DNA of 63,966 nt, the filler included, from Octopus bimaculoides (Eukaryota), in NCBI RefSeq assembly GCF_001194135.2. It is 6 parts of 6 records of this genome, joined end to end, with 100 filler letters (N's around TTAATTAATTAA, not from the genome) between each part and the next. Parts side by side here need not be neighbours in the genome. Positions count along the whole stretch, not along the records: positions 50,979 to 57,928 come from NC_068981.1; positions 58,029 to 60,112 come from NW_026327044.1; positions 60,213 to 62,201 come from NW_026390683.1; positions 62,302 to 63,966 come from NW_026319841.1; 2 more parts are not named here. The stretch is one strand, 5' to 3'. The notes beneath the pieces are model-generated. The model worked only from the letters and a program-made list of their open reading frames with translations, had not been told where the DNA came from and searched no databases. The translations under genes were made by a program, and so were the position numbers. Below, piece after piece: positions 52,287 through 63,966 of the stretch (the first letter of the stretch is position 1; each line of letters opens with the position of its first letter).

Positions 52287-53822
52287 TCCCAGCGTCTCAC
52301 TGGAGTGATTTNNNNNNNNNNNNNNNNNNNNNNNNNNNNNNNNNNNNNNNNNNNNNNNNNNNNNNNNNNNNNNNNNNNNNNNNNNNNNNNNNNNNNNNNN
52401 NNNNNNNNNNNNNNNNNNNNNNNNNNNNNNNNNNNNNNNNNNNNNNNNNNNNNNNNNNNNNNNNNNNNNNNNNNNNNNNNNNNNNNNNNNNNNNNNNNNN
52501 NNNNNNNNNNNNNNNNNNNNNNNNNNNNNNNNNNNNNNNNNNNNNNNNNNNNNNNNNNNNNNNNNNNNNNNNNNNNNNNNNNNNNNNNNNNNNNNNNNNN
52601 NNNNNNNNNNNNNNNNNNNNNNNNNNNNNNNNNNNNNNNNNNNNNNNNNNNNNNNNNNNNNNNNNNNNNNNNNNNNNNNNNNNNNNNNNNNNNNNNNNNN
52701 NNNNNNNNNNNNNNNNNNNNNNNNNNNNNNNNNNNNNNNNNNNNNNNNNNNNNNNNNNNNNNNNNNNNNNNNNNNNNNNNNNNNNNNNNNNNNNNNNNNN
52801 NNNNNNNNNNNNNNNNNNNNNNNNNNNNNNNNNNNNNNNNNNNNNNNNNNNNNNNNNNNNNNNNNNNNNNNNNNNNNNNNNNNNNNNNNNNNNNNNNNNN
52901 NNNNNNNNNNNNNNNNNNNNNNNNNNNNNNNNNNNNNNNNNNNNNNNNNNNNNNNNNNNNNNNNNNNNNNNNNNNNNNNNNNNNNNNNNNNNNNNNNNNN
53001 NNNNNNNNNNNNNNNNNNNNNNNNNNNNNNNNNNNNNNNNNNNNNNNNNNNNNNNNNNNNNNNNNNNNNNNNNNNNNNNNNNNNNNNNNNNNNNNNNNNN
53101 NNNNNNNNNNNNNNNNNNNNNNNNNNNNNNNNNNNNNNNNNNNNNNNNNNNNNNNNNNNNNNNNNNNNNNNNNNNNNNNNNNNNNNNNNNNNNNNNNNNN
53201 NNNNNNNNNNNNNNNNNNNNNNNNNNNNNNNNNNNNNNNNNTTATTGAGCGAAAACACCTAAAGCTCCACGAGGCTCCGGCAGGGGATGGTGGCGAACCC
53301 TGCTGTACTCTTTCACCACAACTTTCTCTCACTCTTACTTCCTGTTTTTGTTGTGCCTGTAATTCAAAAGGTCAGCCTTGTCACACTGTGTCACGCTGAA
53401 TATCCCCAAGAACTACGTTAAATGTACACGTGTCTGTGGAGTGCTCAGCCACTTGCACGTTAATTTCACGAGCAGGCTGTTCCGTTGATCGGATCAACTG
53501 GAACCCTCGACGTCGTAAGCGACGGAGTGCCAACAACAACATTGTTCATGAATGCTGGGAATCGATTTAAAAATAAAAATAAAACAATGAGAATCCAAAG
53601 CTGCGACGTATATACCTACCTTTTCCAGGACGTTAACAAATTAGCTGGATTGAAATACTTATATCTAATCGAAACAAAAGATCGAGTTCGGTAATTTTTA
53701 TCATATACCAGTTTTATTTTCTACTCTGCGTTACGTCTATGTACGAAATAGTTTCTTCAATGAAATAAAACTTTTCTAAGTTTCATTACAGCTATTAAAA
53801 TATCTGTAGAACTTGTAATGCA

Positions 53823-53942
53823 CTCATGACTTTATCACGTTGATTGCACTGGTTCTCGTCCGATCACCGGAAGTTGAGCAACATCGAACCTTGTTAGTAC
53901 TTAAGAAGGGTGACCGCTTGGGAAACCTAGGTGATGTAAACA
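53823..53942 (+). pseudogene. Diverged 5S rRNA copy
   Basis: GGTTCTCGTCCGATCACC.GAAGTT.AGCA...GTTAGTACTT..A.GGGTGACCGC.TGGGAA matches the metazoan 5S core; many substitutions and no oligo-T terminator. Confidence 0.85.
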
Positions 53943-53990
53943 TGTCACCCAATGGCGGTGAGTGCCCCGGTGAAAATAAGAGACAATTAT

Positions 53991-54180
53991 AGGCGTAGGA
54001 GTGGCTGTGTGGTAAGTAGCTTGCTTACGAACCACATGGTTCCGGGTTCAGTCCCACTGCGTAGCACCTTGGGCAAGTGTCTTCTACTATAGCCTCGGGC
54101 CGACCAAAGCCTTGTGAGTGGATTTGGTAGACGGAAACTGAAAGAATCCCGTCGTATGTATGTATGTATGTATGTATGTA

Positions 54181-54251
<71 letters not shown>

Positions 54252-54469
54252 TTGTGTGTCTGTGTTTGTCCCCCAACATCGCTTGACAACCGATGCTGGT
54301 GTGTTTACGTCCCCGTAACTTAGCGGTTCGGCAAAAGAGACCGATAGAATAAGTACTAGGCTTCCAAAGAATAAGTCTTGGGGTCGATTTGCTCGACTAA
54401 AGGCGGTGCTCCAGCATGGCCACAGTCAAATGACTGAAACAAGTAAAAGAGTAAAAGAAAGAGTAAAAG
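53991..54469 (+). mobile_element. Composite tRNA SINE, family C, with internal (GT)n
   Basis: ggctgtgtggtaag...gggttcagtccc head, cttgggcaagtgtc core and gtaaaaga tail; inverted copy at 62799-63202, partial copies at about 32020-32310 and 43520-43740. Confidence 0.85.
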
Positions 54470-54589
54470 AATCATATGATGCTTCATCAAATCATCGTTC
54501 TTTATAACGTTGCTAATTCTTTAAAAATAAATTCATGAACAATGTACACAGATGAAAACTGTCTTCAATAAGCGCTCAGCTTCCAGACT

Positions 54590-55936
54590 AATCGGATATG
54601 AGATAATAACAATTTAAAGTAAATATCTCTGAAAAGGGCTTTTGTGCGTTCCCAGCGAATATAACCCTTAGGGGCGCTAATGTTAAAATAGATTTACAAT
54701 GAATGTAGAAACCGACTGACATTTAGTTTTACAGTAGGCATACAAATAAATTTACAAATAGATTTAAAAATAAAATAACATGCAAATTATCAATACATTT
54801 ACAACACTTACAAATATTACAGTTAAATAACAAATAACTGATGATTTGATGATTCTTATTAAGTTTGCAGAGCTTGATAAACAACATTTTTGGTCTTTCC
54901 TTGTGGGGCATAAATAAACAAATGATTAGGATTGCCGACTCTTGAACATCCCACATAAAGTTGGCCATGGGAGAAAACTGGTTCCGGAAAGTTCAGACCC
55001 TACCACATCCAAGGACTGTCCCTGGATCTTGTTAATGCTCATTGCAAAGCTCAGTTTCAACGGGAATTGCAAACGCTTGTACTGGAAAGACAAGGGAATA
55101 AGTGGAATTCTAGGATTGAATACAGGCTTGCTTTACCAGTTAAAATTGTTGTCTCCAAGACTGTTGGCATCATCTTCTTTATTATAAATCGTGTGCCATT
55201 GCAAGGCTTTGGTGGATCGAGGTTTCGAAGCAGCATAACTGGTGCCCTAATCTTGAGGTGCAAGTTGTAAGGTGGGAGGCCGGGTGGTGTTAGACTATTC
55301 AAGAATTCAACTGGATAATTCACAGCTTCATCGATGTTGAGTACAGTGCCAATGGAATTGTAGATGTGACGTTGACCTGGCAATTGTTCCAGAAGTTTGA
55401 TGTTCAAATCATCAACTGCCACATTCTTTGGAGCTAAAATGGCACAGGCTTTCATCCAGTTGTGGTCTGTAAACTTTTCCTCAGTCCCAAAACTGCCATA
55501 TCTGAGCCCTTATTGATGTATTTACATACATATTTAATACTTTTTATAGAGTCGCATGACTCAACATTAACATGGGCCTGCAATGTTTTAGACAGCAATG
55601 GGTTGCAGGGCACGATCCACCTGTTGTCAATTTCTATCCCTTGACCATTAACTTTGAGCTTGGTAGTGTTTAGGTTGATCAAAGGAAATTGAATGGGTTA
55701 TTTCCCTTGGCTAGGAAAACGAATGGGTTATGTCTCTTGGCTGTTAAAGGAAAATATGTGGACCCCTTCTAGCCATCCAATTATAGACTTTTATTAAACT
55801 TCAATGAGCTTAGTAACAAACTAGATGTTACTTTAACATGTTTGCAAAGTTTCGCGAAAATTCGTTAACAGGTGTAGACAGCAACTGAACACAAACAGAC
55901 ATCCAAACAGACAACTTGCGTCTACATATGTATAGA
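54590..55936 (-). mobile_element. Internally deleted Helitron with Rep and PIF1-helicase remnants
   Basis: A|TCTATAC 5' end at 55936; IDNRWIVPCNP..HVNVESCDSIKSIKYVCKYINKGSD (Rep) joined to AILAPKN..YPVEFLNSL.PPGLPP..L.LK..APVMLLRNL (helicase). The 3' terminus is not well defined. Confidence 0.9.
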
Positions 55937-56915
55937 TATGTATGTGTGTATGCATATGTATATACAGGTATATGTATATGTAGCTATGTATGTATGCATG
56001 TACATACGCATATGTGTACGTGTGTGTGCGCGCAGTATGGTTAAGTGGTTAAAAAGTTCGCTTTATAACTTCGAGGTTCAAGTTTCGATCTTACTGCGTG
56101 GTATCTTGGGTTTACGGCATTTTCCACAACCCATACCTTGTTAGCGATACAGGGTAGGCGGAAAACGTATATAAGCACGTCGCGTGGATTGCACCTGTTA
56201 TTCGAAAGATGTAACGATATAAATTTATTACACGCTGTGTCACAGCGATGCTGCCTGAGAATCACGTTAAGGGTACACGTGCCAGTGGAATGCTCAGCCA
56301 CTTACACTTTAACTCAGGAGCAAACATTTCAGTTGCATCATCAACCGAATTATCTGGTACAGCCACCATAGGTGTGTGTGTTCACGTACGAATGCGTGTG
56401 TGTGTGTGTGCATATATGTGTGTGTATATGTGTGTGTGTGTGTGCGTGCATGTATATGCGTGCGTGTGTACATAATATATACTAGAAAGGCGGTTAGCTG
56501 GCAGAAACGTTAGCACGCCGGGCGAAATGCTTAACAGTATTTCTGTCTTTACATTCTGAGTTCAAATTCCGCCGAGGTCGACTTNNNNNNNNNNNNNNNN
56601 NNNNNNNNNNNNNNNNNNNNNNNNNNNNNNNNNNNNNNNNNNNNNNNNNNNNNNNNNNNNNNNNNNNNNNNNNNNNNNNNNNNNNNNNNNNNNNNNNNNN
56701 NNNNNNNNNNNNNNNNNNNNNNNNNNNNNNNNNNNNNNNNNNNNNNNNNNNNNNNNNNNNNNNNNNNNNNNNNNNNNNNNNNNNNNNNNNNNNNNNNNNN
56801 NNNNNNNNNNNNNNNNNNNNNNNNNNNNNNNNNNNNNNNNNNNNNNNNNNNNNNNNNNNNNNNNNNNNNNNNNNNNNNNNNNNNNNNNNNNNNNNNNNNN
56901 NNNNNNNNNNNNNNN

Positions 56916-57112
56916 AAATTGGTAAAAAGTGGAACTTGAAGGCTAGAACAATACCTGTTGTCGTAGGCACCCTATGGATGATAGCAAAAGGGCCAGATTG
57001 CTCCCCATCTCAGATACCAGGAAATCCCAAAATGGAAGAAATTCAAAAAATAGCACTCGTGGGTACTGCTCATATCCTAAGAAAATTATTGACATGCACT
57101 GCTCTCTCACTC
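56916..57112 (+). mobile_element. R4/Dong-like element 3' coding end followed by (AAT)n
   Basis: KARTIPVVVGTLW...EEIQKIALVGTAHILRKLL C-terminal motif. Confidence 0.8.
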
Positions 57113-57148
57113 AATAATAATAATAATAATAATGATATTATTATTATT

Positions 57149-57190
<42 letters not shown>

Positions 57191-57388
57191 GATGATGATG
57201 ATGATGATGATGATAACATTGGTGCAAGGCGAGTAATTTCGGGGGAAGGGATAAATCGATTATGTCAACCCCAATGTTCAACTGAATAATTGACAAAGGA
57301 TCATGATTCCCGATAAATGCTGTGGGGCGGGGATTAATTGAATGAATCGATCACAGTGTTTGATAAGAAAATAAGAAATACCGCTTAC

Positions 57389-57538
57389 CTTTGTCTGCGC
57401 GTAGTCACCACGGTAACCGTTTGATGACAAAAGTAATACAATTTCACGGAAGCGTAAGGTCCCGTTCTTATCTTTATCGGCTTCATCGAAACTGACACTG
57501 AATTTCTTTAGTTGATCCACTGTCCATTCACTCGCCAT
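57389..57538 (-). CDS. First coding exon of a small EF-hand calcium-binding protein
   Basis: gcaATGG start; 50 codons MASEWTVDQLKKFSVSFDEADKDKNGTLRFREIVLLLSSNGYRGDYAQTK with a canonical EF loop D-x-D-x-N-G-x-L-x-x-x-E; ends at a strong donor AAG|GTAAGC. Confidence 0.8.
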
Positions 57539-57628
57539 TGCTAGCTGTTTAGGAATCTTCTTTTGCACCGATAACAGCCGAACAACTTGCTTGCTTTGGT
57601 GGTAAGAATAACACTAATTGTTAAGACA

Positions 57629-57635
57629 ATTTATA
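57629..57635 (-). promoter_or_regulatory. Possible TATA box of the EF-hand gene
   Basis: TATAAAT on the minus strand about 90 nt upstream of the ATG; weak evidence in AT-rich DNA. Confidence 0.25.
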
Positions 57636-57705
57636 TCGGTAATGAGGTGCTGCGCTGAAGAATTTAGTGGCTAGATGTATAAATATAGAACAACTGTATA
57701 CAAGT

Positions 57706-57739
<34 letters not shown>

Positions 57740-57877
57740 ATGCGTGTATATGTATGTGTGCTGGAGGCGCGGTGTATGTGCATACGTGTGTGTATGTGTA
57801 CTTGTGTTTAAGTGTGTATGTGTAGGTATGTATGCTCGTCTGCGTGTGTGCTTGGAGAGAAGGAGAGAGAGAGAGGA

Positions 57878-57928
<51 letters not shown>

Positions 57929-58039
57929 NNNNNNNNNNNNNNNNNNNNNNNNNNNNNNNNNNNNNNNNNNNNTTAATTAATTAANNNNNNNNNNNNNNNN
58001 NNNNNNNNNNNNNNNNNNNNNNNNNNNNGGTACATATAT

Positions 58040-58325
58040 GTTGTTCTGTGTACTACCAGCATTTGCTATCATATATATGTACGTATGTATGTATAAAATA
58101 TGTGTGTATATATATATGTGTATGCGTGTCTATGTGTGTGTGTGTCTATGTGTCTGTATAAAGTTTTATATATACGTATATACGTAGGTAGATGCATATG
58201 CACTTATATATGCCACTGTGTATCAGCACGCATTTGCTATCATATATATATATATGTATGTATATGTGTGTATATCTGTGTTAGTGTATGCGCGTGTGCA
58301 TGTGTGTGGGGGTGCGTGCTTCTGT

Positions 58326-58386
<61 letters not shown>

Positions 58387-58443
58387 CATACATACATACA
58401 TATATATATACATATATATTTAAATGCGCACATACGCATGTGG

Positions 58444-58519
<76 letters not shown>

Positions 58520-58640
58520 GTATATTTATATTATATATACATACATGTCTATATTCGTATATTAATATAAATATACAAACATATATATATATATATGTTA
58601 TCACACATGCACACACTCGTTCAAATACACGCGCGCACAC
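58040..58640. repeat. (AT)n/(GT)n/(AC)n microsatellite field
   Basis: Direct inspection; similar fields at 19250-19800 and 59150-59530. Confidence 0.95.
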
Positions 58641-59349
58641 ACATACATGCATCACCGTTGCTTTGTCCACGTCTACGTAAGCAACATCCCCAACGATATG
58701 GTCCGAGAGTGTAAGCGTTCAAACCTGCCAATAATCAGTGCAGTTCAAATTTCGTTCCAAGCACCCCCTACCTTACCCAAACCATACTCTACCCACACCC
58801 CACACCCCACACTATATTTAGGGTCTACCTCTTCCTTTTTTGTTTGTGTGTTGTTTATTTTATTTATACATTTAGCTTTCTATTTGTTTATTCATTTTAT
58901 GTGATTTATGTATGTTTTTATGTTTCTCTGTGTATTGTAGTTTTTTTTTGTTTTTGGTTTCTGTTTTACGTATATTTTAGATTAGTTGTTGTTTTTTTTT
59001 GTTATTTTTCTTTATTGGTCACGGTTGAATACCTTTAAAATAATATCTATTGCTTCACCTCCTGTCACTATTGATATCTGTAAATGCAAAACTTCACGTA
59101 CACACATAAACACAAGCAAAAGCGCACATGTATCTGTGTGTGTGTATGTGTATACATCTATACATATTTGTGTGAATATATATATCTACACCAAAAGATA
59201 TGTAAGCAAATATAAATATACATATAGTTTATTATGTATGTATGTCTATCAATCAATCTATCTACCTACATTTCTTTCTATATATGTATGTATATATATA
59301 TACATATATAAATGTGTGTATATATATATGTATGTATCTATATATCTGC

Positions 59350-59391
<42 letters not shown>

Positions 59392-59644
59392 CATCTATCT
59401 GTCTGTATCCCTCTCTCTTCATCTCTCTCTCTTCATCTCTCTCTCTCGATATATATATATGTATCTATATATATACATATACTTACGTGTGTATGTATGT
59501 ATGTATGTATGAATGCAGGTATGTATATACTTACATAACGTTTCTGATGAGATGGTTTGCACCATAATAATTACGCAATGTGTTATTGTCACTGAAACAC
59601 GTGTAATTATGTAAAGAAAATAATAGCCAAATAATTTCAATGCT

Positions 59645-60112
59645 ACGGTGGCAGTGACGATGGTGATGTCATTGACAAGAACAACAACGAATACGATGAT
59701 GATGATGGCGATGATGATGACGATGATGATGATGACGATGATGACGATGATGACGATGATGATGATGACGATGATGACGATGATGATGATCGTTTATGAC
59801 GATCCTATTCATTACCTCCTCCGATCCGATGACTCGCCGTCGAGATCAGTTGCCCGGTGTCAAAAGTTCACGCTTGCTTCCACCGCCATCGCAGTGAAAA
59901 GAGAATGGTGGTGGTGGTGGTGGTGGTGGTGGCGGTGAGGGTGGTCGTAGCAGAACAACCCGTTGTTGCTATTGTTGTTGTTATTGTTGTTGTTGTTGTT
60001 GATGTTCTTATTGGTGGGGGATGGTGTTGGAAGTTGTCATGGCGGTAGTGTCGGGGAGGCAATGGTAATAATAATTGTGGCGTTGTTGTTGCTGTTGTTG
60101 CTGTGTCTGTTC
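59645..60112. repeat. Compound trinucleotide repeats (GAT/GAC)n, (GGT)n, (GTT)n
   Basis: Direct inspection. Confidence 0.95.
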
Positions 60113-61793
60113 NNNNNNNNNNNNNNNNNNNNNNNNNNNNNNNNNNNNNNNNNNNNTTAATTAATTAANNNNNNNNNNNNNNNNNNNNNNNNNNNNNNNN
60201 NNNNNNNNNNNNACACTTCCTATTCTGTTATATATGTGTGTGTGTATATATATATTTTCGAAATATGTGTGCGTGTGTGTGTGTGTATGTATGTGTGTGT
60301 GTGTATTATGTATACATATATATATCTTCGAAACGTCTAGTTAGAATAGAGGCAGCTGACGAAGGATTAATTCCAAGTGACTATCTGTTTTCCTGTGTGT
60401 TCGTTCCGTTTTCTGTAGTTCATTGTTCTAACGTCCTGTACCCTGATATGCATCTATATACACATGTAGATGTAAGTATGTACATATATGTGTGTATACA
60501 TGCATATATATTCTTTGTATTATATATATATATACACACACACACACACATATATATTTCGAAAAAAAGTTCGTTTTCTATGTTTTCGTTTCTCATTTTG
60601 TCTACGTTTTTTTTGACGTCCCGTACCCATATATGCATGTATATATATATACATGCATATATGGGTACAGGACGTAAAAAAAAACAAAAAACGTAGACGA
60701 AATGAGAAACGAGAACATATATATCAAGGGCAAGCAAGTACGTATGCAAGTCGCCAACATGCTAGAAAAAGACGCCAATGTCTAAAATATACCTTAAGAT
60801 ATCACCATAAATTAGAAGCATGCGTCGTAGTCGTGCTAATAAACGAAACAGATTCATGAAACATAATAAGCTAATATAGATTTTATCCTTAATTTTAATA
60901 TATATATATATATATATATATTCCTGTCTTGTTTTTTGTCCGCCACTACATTCCTCCATGGCTAGATTTAATTTGCGTATACAAATTTAATCTGCGATCC
61001 ATGGGACGAGCCGTTTTAGCGATGCGTCCTGCCCAAGCTCGTCGAAACGCCGGTGTTAAAACGTGGGTGGCTGATGAAGGAGATGTTCTCTATGTGGCTC
61101 GTGTGTTCTCGTCTACGTTTGTTTGCAATGTCCTGTACCCAGATATGCACCTATACATACAGGCGGATGTCGGTATGCACATACCTGTACGTATATATGC
61201 ATATACTCCAGAATAGTATATGTATGTATGTATGTATACCTATGTGTGTGTGTGTGTGTGTATAACACAAAAGAGCAGAAATAAGTGTTGAATTGGAATT
61301 TAATGAGAATAATAATGTTACACACACACACACACGAGCGAGTGGATAAACGAAAGAAAGTTACTCATTTCATTTGGTGAAAATTACATATCTATTTTAG
61401 AACAAACAATTCGACTGAGCTCCACGTTACTTAAAGTTTCTCACACACCAAATTTTGGTAGAAGATTTTTAACCGATTATATCGAACACACAACACGATA
61501 CTTGACTGTTATTCTATTTTATCGATCCCCGAAAGGTGAAATGCAAATTTAAGTTCAGCGAGCCTTGAACAAAGAAGTTGAAGAGACAGAATAATAAAAA
61601 CTCTAAATATATTGTCGGACATCTTAAGGTTAAAAATAGCAAAATGCATTGACAAAAGATGATTCCATACTAATGTACAATCAGCATATTGTATTGCAAC
61701 TGTGACTAGAAGGTTTCACCTATGCCACCTCATCAGGCATTATATATATATAGTTTCGCCTATGCCAGCTCACTAGGCATCACATCACATATA

Positions 61794-61845
<52 letters not shown>

Positions 61846-62798
61846 GCGGGGGACATCTTAAGGTTAAAAATAAAATGCATTGACAAAGATGAATCCATAC
61901 TGATGTACAGTCAGAATATTGTATTACAACTGTGACTGGAAAGTTTCGCCAATGCCAGCTCATCAGGCATCATACAGTAAAAAAAAAATGAGTATTTTAA
62001 AACCATATTGCAAGAAAGAACTCCGACTGAATAAAGGATTAAATTACATGTGTACAATCTTTCTATTTATTACATTATCATTGATAGTGACTTCGAAGTT
62101 TCACCTGTGGTCGTTTATAGAAACTGTTCGAGCTGAGCATTAACACACACACACATGTGGATGTGTATTCATACATATATACACATACATACATACATAC
62201 ANNNNNNNNNNNNNNNNNNNNNNNNNNNNNNNNNNNNNNNNNNNNTTAATTAATTAANNNNNNNNNNNNNNNNNNNNNNNNNNNNNNNNNNNNNNNNNNN
62301 NAACGTAAAATATATAATTATAACTGGAAACAGTTAACATTATCTCGTTTGGCTGAAGCTCACGAACAATAGCTGTCTGAAGGCAACAACGTGTGAGAAA
62401 TCACAACATAAAAAGAAACAAAAATCACAAGAACAACAATAAACTGCAGAACCAACCCCAACAATAATAACATCAATAATACTATCAGTAGCTGGTGCGA
62501 AAATAATTACAACTATTTCAACAATGGATAAAAAATAAAACACCAGAATCAATAGAAGCAAAAGCAAAAAAAAAAAAAAAGATGAAAATGTATAGGATTG
62601 TAGAGCGTCGTACAAAATACTCTGTTTTCTTTAATCTGCAGCATCACTCAGTGTTTTAAGTTCGATTCTCAGCAGATTTTGCTTTTCGTCTTTCTGGGGT
62701 GTAAAACAAGTAGCATGATCCAGTGCTAGCTGGAACCAGCCGATGTGATAGTGCATGCATTACCCACTTTCCCTCTGTCTTTATATAATATATATTCT

Positions 62799-63202
62799 TA
62801 CTCTTTACCCTTTTACTCTTTTACTTGTTTCAGTCATTTGACTGTGGCCATGCTGGAGCACCGCCTTTTAATCGAGCAAATCGACCCCAGGAATTATTCT
62901 TTGTGAGCCTAGAACTTATTCTATCGTTCTCTTTTGCCGAACCGCTAAATTACAGGGACGTAAACACACCAGCATCGGTTGTCAAGCGATGTTGGGGGGA
63001 CAAACACAGACACAGACACATATAAATATATATACATATATACGACGGGCTTCTTTCAGTTTCCGTCTACCAAATCCACTCACAAAGATTTGGTCGGCCC
63101 GAAGCTATAGTAGAAGACACTTGCCCAAGGTGCCACGCAGTGGGACTGAACCCGGAACCATGTGGTTCGTCAGCAAGCTACTTACCACACAGCCACTCCT
63201 AT
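62799..63202 (-). mobile_element. Composite SINE family C (reverse orientation)
   Basis: Near-complete reverse complement of 53991-54469. Confidence 0.85.
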
Positions 63203-63966
63203 ATATATGGCCGCAGTCAATGACTGAGACATAAAAGATACCATCTAATTTTTTATTCACTTTTCCTTTCAGTCGTTAGACTGTGGCCATGCAGGTGCAC
63301 CGTCTTCGTAGTATATGTATGAATATATGTATATACATATATCCAAGAAATTTAGGGGTTGTGAATCCAACCCACTAAGGGATAATATCTATCCAATATA
63401 CTGCTGAAAGAATGCCCAATTATTATTACACTAGTGTTTTTTCATTGCATTACCAAGTGCAATTAATGAGTGCGGGTAAAAAGATGTTTTACCATTAATT
63501 TATATAGCAATAAGAAAATAGAGGGGATTAATAGGTGGTATCCATCAACTTGCAGACATTGTATTGTATCAAATTACTTGTTTAATTGTTTACTAAAAGG
63601 ACAATAATAACAATATACAAACACATGTGACATATTATGTCATATCAGTAATTAAAAAATGACATATAGTGACAGAAAATGGGATAATGACTTACAGCTG
63701 TTTCAGTCTAGTGGTGACATGCCTCGTTCTATCTATATCACTCCAGTAGACTGGAGTAATTAATAGATGAAATAGAGGTACATGGATGATTCTCTAGGCC
63801 TATTCAGAGATTTTATAAAGCTCATAAGGTTAAGATATATTTCCAAATATAAAAATATAAAAACCGTAAAAACCCACATATATATGCATACTTTAACATA
63901 TACATAAATATACATAAATAAGCATACATACATACATACATACATACATACATACATACATACATA

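Noticed and set aside
58100-59567. YI/CV/HT-rich ORFs
   Set aside because: Translations of dinucleotide microsatellites.
59543-59600. CTGATGAG-atggt-ttgc-accat as a hammerhead ribozyme
   Set aside because: Stem II is not followed by GAAA.
59648-59938. Poly-Met/Thr and poly-Trp ORF
   Set aside because: Pure trinucleotide-repeat translation with no splice or homology support.

Overview
AT-rich, microsatellite- and transposon-dense animal genomic DNA. The SINE/RTE families and repeat landscape suggest an octopus (inference). It is a draft assembly: many N gaps plus five artificial 44N-TTAATTAATTAA-44N joins. Host coding sequence is sparse: the last three coding exons of EDEM1 (GH47, minus strand, 22640-25937) and the first coding exon of a small EF-hand protein gene (minus, 57389-57538). 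The rest is mostly mobile DNA: a Buster-type hAT carrying a nested non-autonomous LTR element, a second tRNA-Trp-primed LTR element carrying a Helitron, R4/Dong-like, HERO-like, RTE and CR1-like LINE remnants, mariner and Helitron derivatives, many SINEs and a 5S rRNA pseudogene. The most unusual observation is an array of five LTR-end plus tRNA-Trp PBS units inside the nested LTR element. Also notable are a sharp CpG-decay boundary at the first scaffold join and a fold-back mariner in an EDEM1 intron. I found no convincing intact novel protein-coding system.
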